NCBI RefSeq assembly: GCF_006345805.1
Contig: NW_021831284.1
Span: forward strand, 434,001 to 498,000
Source of the DNA: Octopus sinensis
Taxonomy: Eukaryota
DNA length: 64,000 nucleotides
Direction of reading: 5' to 3'
In this document: positions 61,790 through 64,000 of the stretch, one piece after another
How the letters are laid out: each line of letters begins with the position of its first letter
Position numbering within the stretch: the first letter of the stretch is position 1
Translations under genes and position numbers: made by a program
The notes under the pieces: model-generated
What the model saw: the letters and a program-made list of their open reading frames with translations, nothing else
What the model was told of the DNA's origin: nothing
Database searches by the model: none

Positions 61790-63785
61790 GTTGTATATAT
61801 TATTTTATAATATTCAAAAAATAATCATTGATTTTTTCGAATAAGCTAGTTATTAAGTACCGGCTCGCAGTATTGAAAGACAATTCCCGCGTAGAACAGC
61901 CAGCGAGATCCTTTGAATAAGGAATATAGGTAATCTCCAATTTTAGTCAATGTATAAATCTCGACGTATAAGCAATAGATTTTAATTATTTTTTCATTTT
62001 TTATTAATTTAAGTTAATTTTAATGGGATTGTCTATTGGATTGTTTAGATTTTCATATTTTTCTAAAGAATAAAAATTAAGCCGAAAAATCTCATTTGTT
62101 AACTATTAGGAGCAGAAATTCTTGGAATATCTTCTCTTTATCAACTAACGAGGTCCGCCACGTGAATTCGTCCAAATAAGACTCCGACAAAGATCGCGAT
62201 GTTCCTAAAATAAATTTACGAGTTTTACCAAATTGCGTCTTTAGCATTCTCTTCGCTTGCATCCATGTGTTACAATATTTTGAGTATGGATGGAGCGGTC
62301 CAAAGGGTCAACAAAATGCTCGGAGTGATTTATCACAGAATGTGAATAAATCACTCCTCCAATCTGCGCAATCCCATTATAGGCTGCCCAACCATCAGTA
62401 ATGATATGGGTGCCGGGAAGTACGCGTCGAACGATAACTTCATTAAGTGTTTCCGCTGTTCTGTCTAAAAGATAAATGGAAAAAAGAACCTGCAACTTCT
62501 TCAAATAAGCACTTTCTGGTTTCCCTGTCTATTCCACCCAATACCCAATGGCCTGGTCGCCAATGACCTCAATGGTACTTTATGTGAACAAATTTACACT
62601 CGTCGATTTCCACTATCGACTCCTCTAAAAATTAAAATTAAATGAATTACGTAATGTATCTTCATTAACCATGAGTTTAAGGATCACTTACTGCAAAACC
62701 AGCTGTTCGTTCTTATACTTCGAGAAGTATTGCATGGAATACATAACCAAATTGCGTTGTTCACGTTTCTTCTTGACTTGGATAAACGACAGCGTCTCTA
62801 TTTGTGAGAATGTAGGTCTTACTTTACAGCGAACGCATTTCATTTTGTTAGAGATCAACCGCCTCTCTGCGCACCAAATTACATACTCTTCTATATTATC
62901 GCCGAAGAGCCTGTTTAAAGACAATAACCGGTTATATTCCTGCATTATTTGCTCATCAGACTTGATTGCAGCCGCATCAACAATAGACAAACTTATTTAA
63001 AATTAAACAAATCCATTAAAATTAATTTAAATTAATAAAAAATGAAAAAATAATTAAAATCTATTGCTTATACGTCGAGATTTATACATTGACTAAAAGT
63101 GGAGATTACTGGATTTTTGGAACGATGGGTGCACAGACGGTCAAATTTCTTTAGATGAGCAAGAGTCGGCCACAAAAACACATGACGTCTCAACGACAAT
63201 TGCCTAAAAGAAAAAGCGTTCGCAGAAATGACCGCACTTCGACAGTTTCGTTAATTCTGCCTTCTCAGCCGACGAACCGGGTCGACAAGAAGTGGAATTC
63301 AGGCTCCCTTTGCGAAAGAGTTATTTTATGATTTTTAAAAACAAAGCTTGAATTTTTATGTAATAAATTTTTACATATTTATACATAATTTGAATTCATA
63401 TTAATAATTGTTGTATATTTTATTTTATAATATTCAAAAAATAATAATTGATTTTTTTCGAAGAGATAGAAGCTAGTTATTAACTACCGTCTCGCGGGAG
63501 TGAGACAATTTTAGCGTAAAACAGCCAGCGAGATCCTCTGAATAAGGAATATAAATTCCTTGGGATTTTTGGAACGATGGGTGCACAGACGGCAAAGTTT
63601 CTTTAGATGAGCAAGAGTCTTAGCCCAGAAAACACAGGGAAGTCTCAACGGTAATTCCCTAAAAGCAAAAGCGATCGCACAAATCATCGTGCCGAAAGAA
63701 TTATTTTATGATTTTTAAAAACAAAGCTGAATTCTTATGTAATAAATTTTTACATATTTATACATAATTTTAATTCGTATTATTC
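61790..63785. repeat. Tandem duplication of a unit of roughly 400-450 bp (CRE 3' fragment plus AT-rich flanks); the first copy is split by the Merlin element
   Basis: 61790-61928 plus 63111-63400 parallels 63410-63785 (for example cagccagcgagatcct.tgaataaggaatata and ttattttatgatttttaaaaacaaagct). Confidence 0.75.
61929..63110 (-). mobile_element. Merlin (IS1016/ISXO2-like) DNA transposon with intron-containing transposase
   Basis: About 65-bp TIRs (GGTAATCTCCAATTTTAGTCAATGTATAAATCTCGACG...). Spliced protein: CVRCK|RRC...WLCIPC..SRSIRTNSWF; VEIDECKF; GHWVLGGIDRETRKCLFEEVA|DRTAETL...IITDGWAAY...VINHSEHFVDP...HTQNI. Confidence 0.88.
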
Positions 63786-64000
63786 ACCAATGGTCCAACA
63801 TTAAAAAATCATTTTTCTTTTCTATTCAGCACATAGTATGCCAAATATTAATAAAATACAACATAAAAATTTATTTCATGAACATATAAACTGGTACAGA
63901 ATATCACGAATGTCCGAAATAAAAATACGACGATAATCATCAATTAAATGATTCCGCAATTCATTCTCTGCAATATTTTGGTATTTCTCAATAACATTAC

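Overview
AT-rich animal nuclear DNA using the standard genetic code. Small islands of compact host genes sit in a dense matrix of mostly decayed transposons. I found no prokaryotic features, rRNA, tRNA or CRISPR array. Host genes, reconstructed by manual splicing: CBP/p300 (runs off the left edge), a SAXO-like ciliary protein, RPS6, SF3B6, GOLPH3, Lgl, a divergent Bcl-2-family gene, beta-tubulin, OGT and XPC. Almost every intron is an ultra-short GT-AG intron of 21-38 nt, and many appear to lie at positions shared with vertebrate orthologues. This architecture is best known from dicyemid mesozoans; the taxon is an inference. Highlights: (1) the only long intron among 18 in OGT (192 nt) appears to lie at the position of the regulated 'detained' intron 4 of mammalian OGT; (2) two DNA transposons (a Ginger2/Tdd-like integrase and a Merlin transposase) carry multiple host-sized mini-introns; (3) acceptor choice looks ruler-like; (4) the 91-nt GOLPH3-SF3B6 spacer looks operon-like; (5) a cryptic Bcl-2 homologue lacks the BH1 arginine. 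Several ORFs need one added base, mostly in homopolymers, which suggests assembly indels. All exon models are manual and lack transcript support. Comparisons with human proteins are from memory and need alignment.
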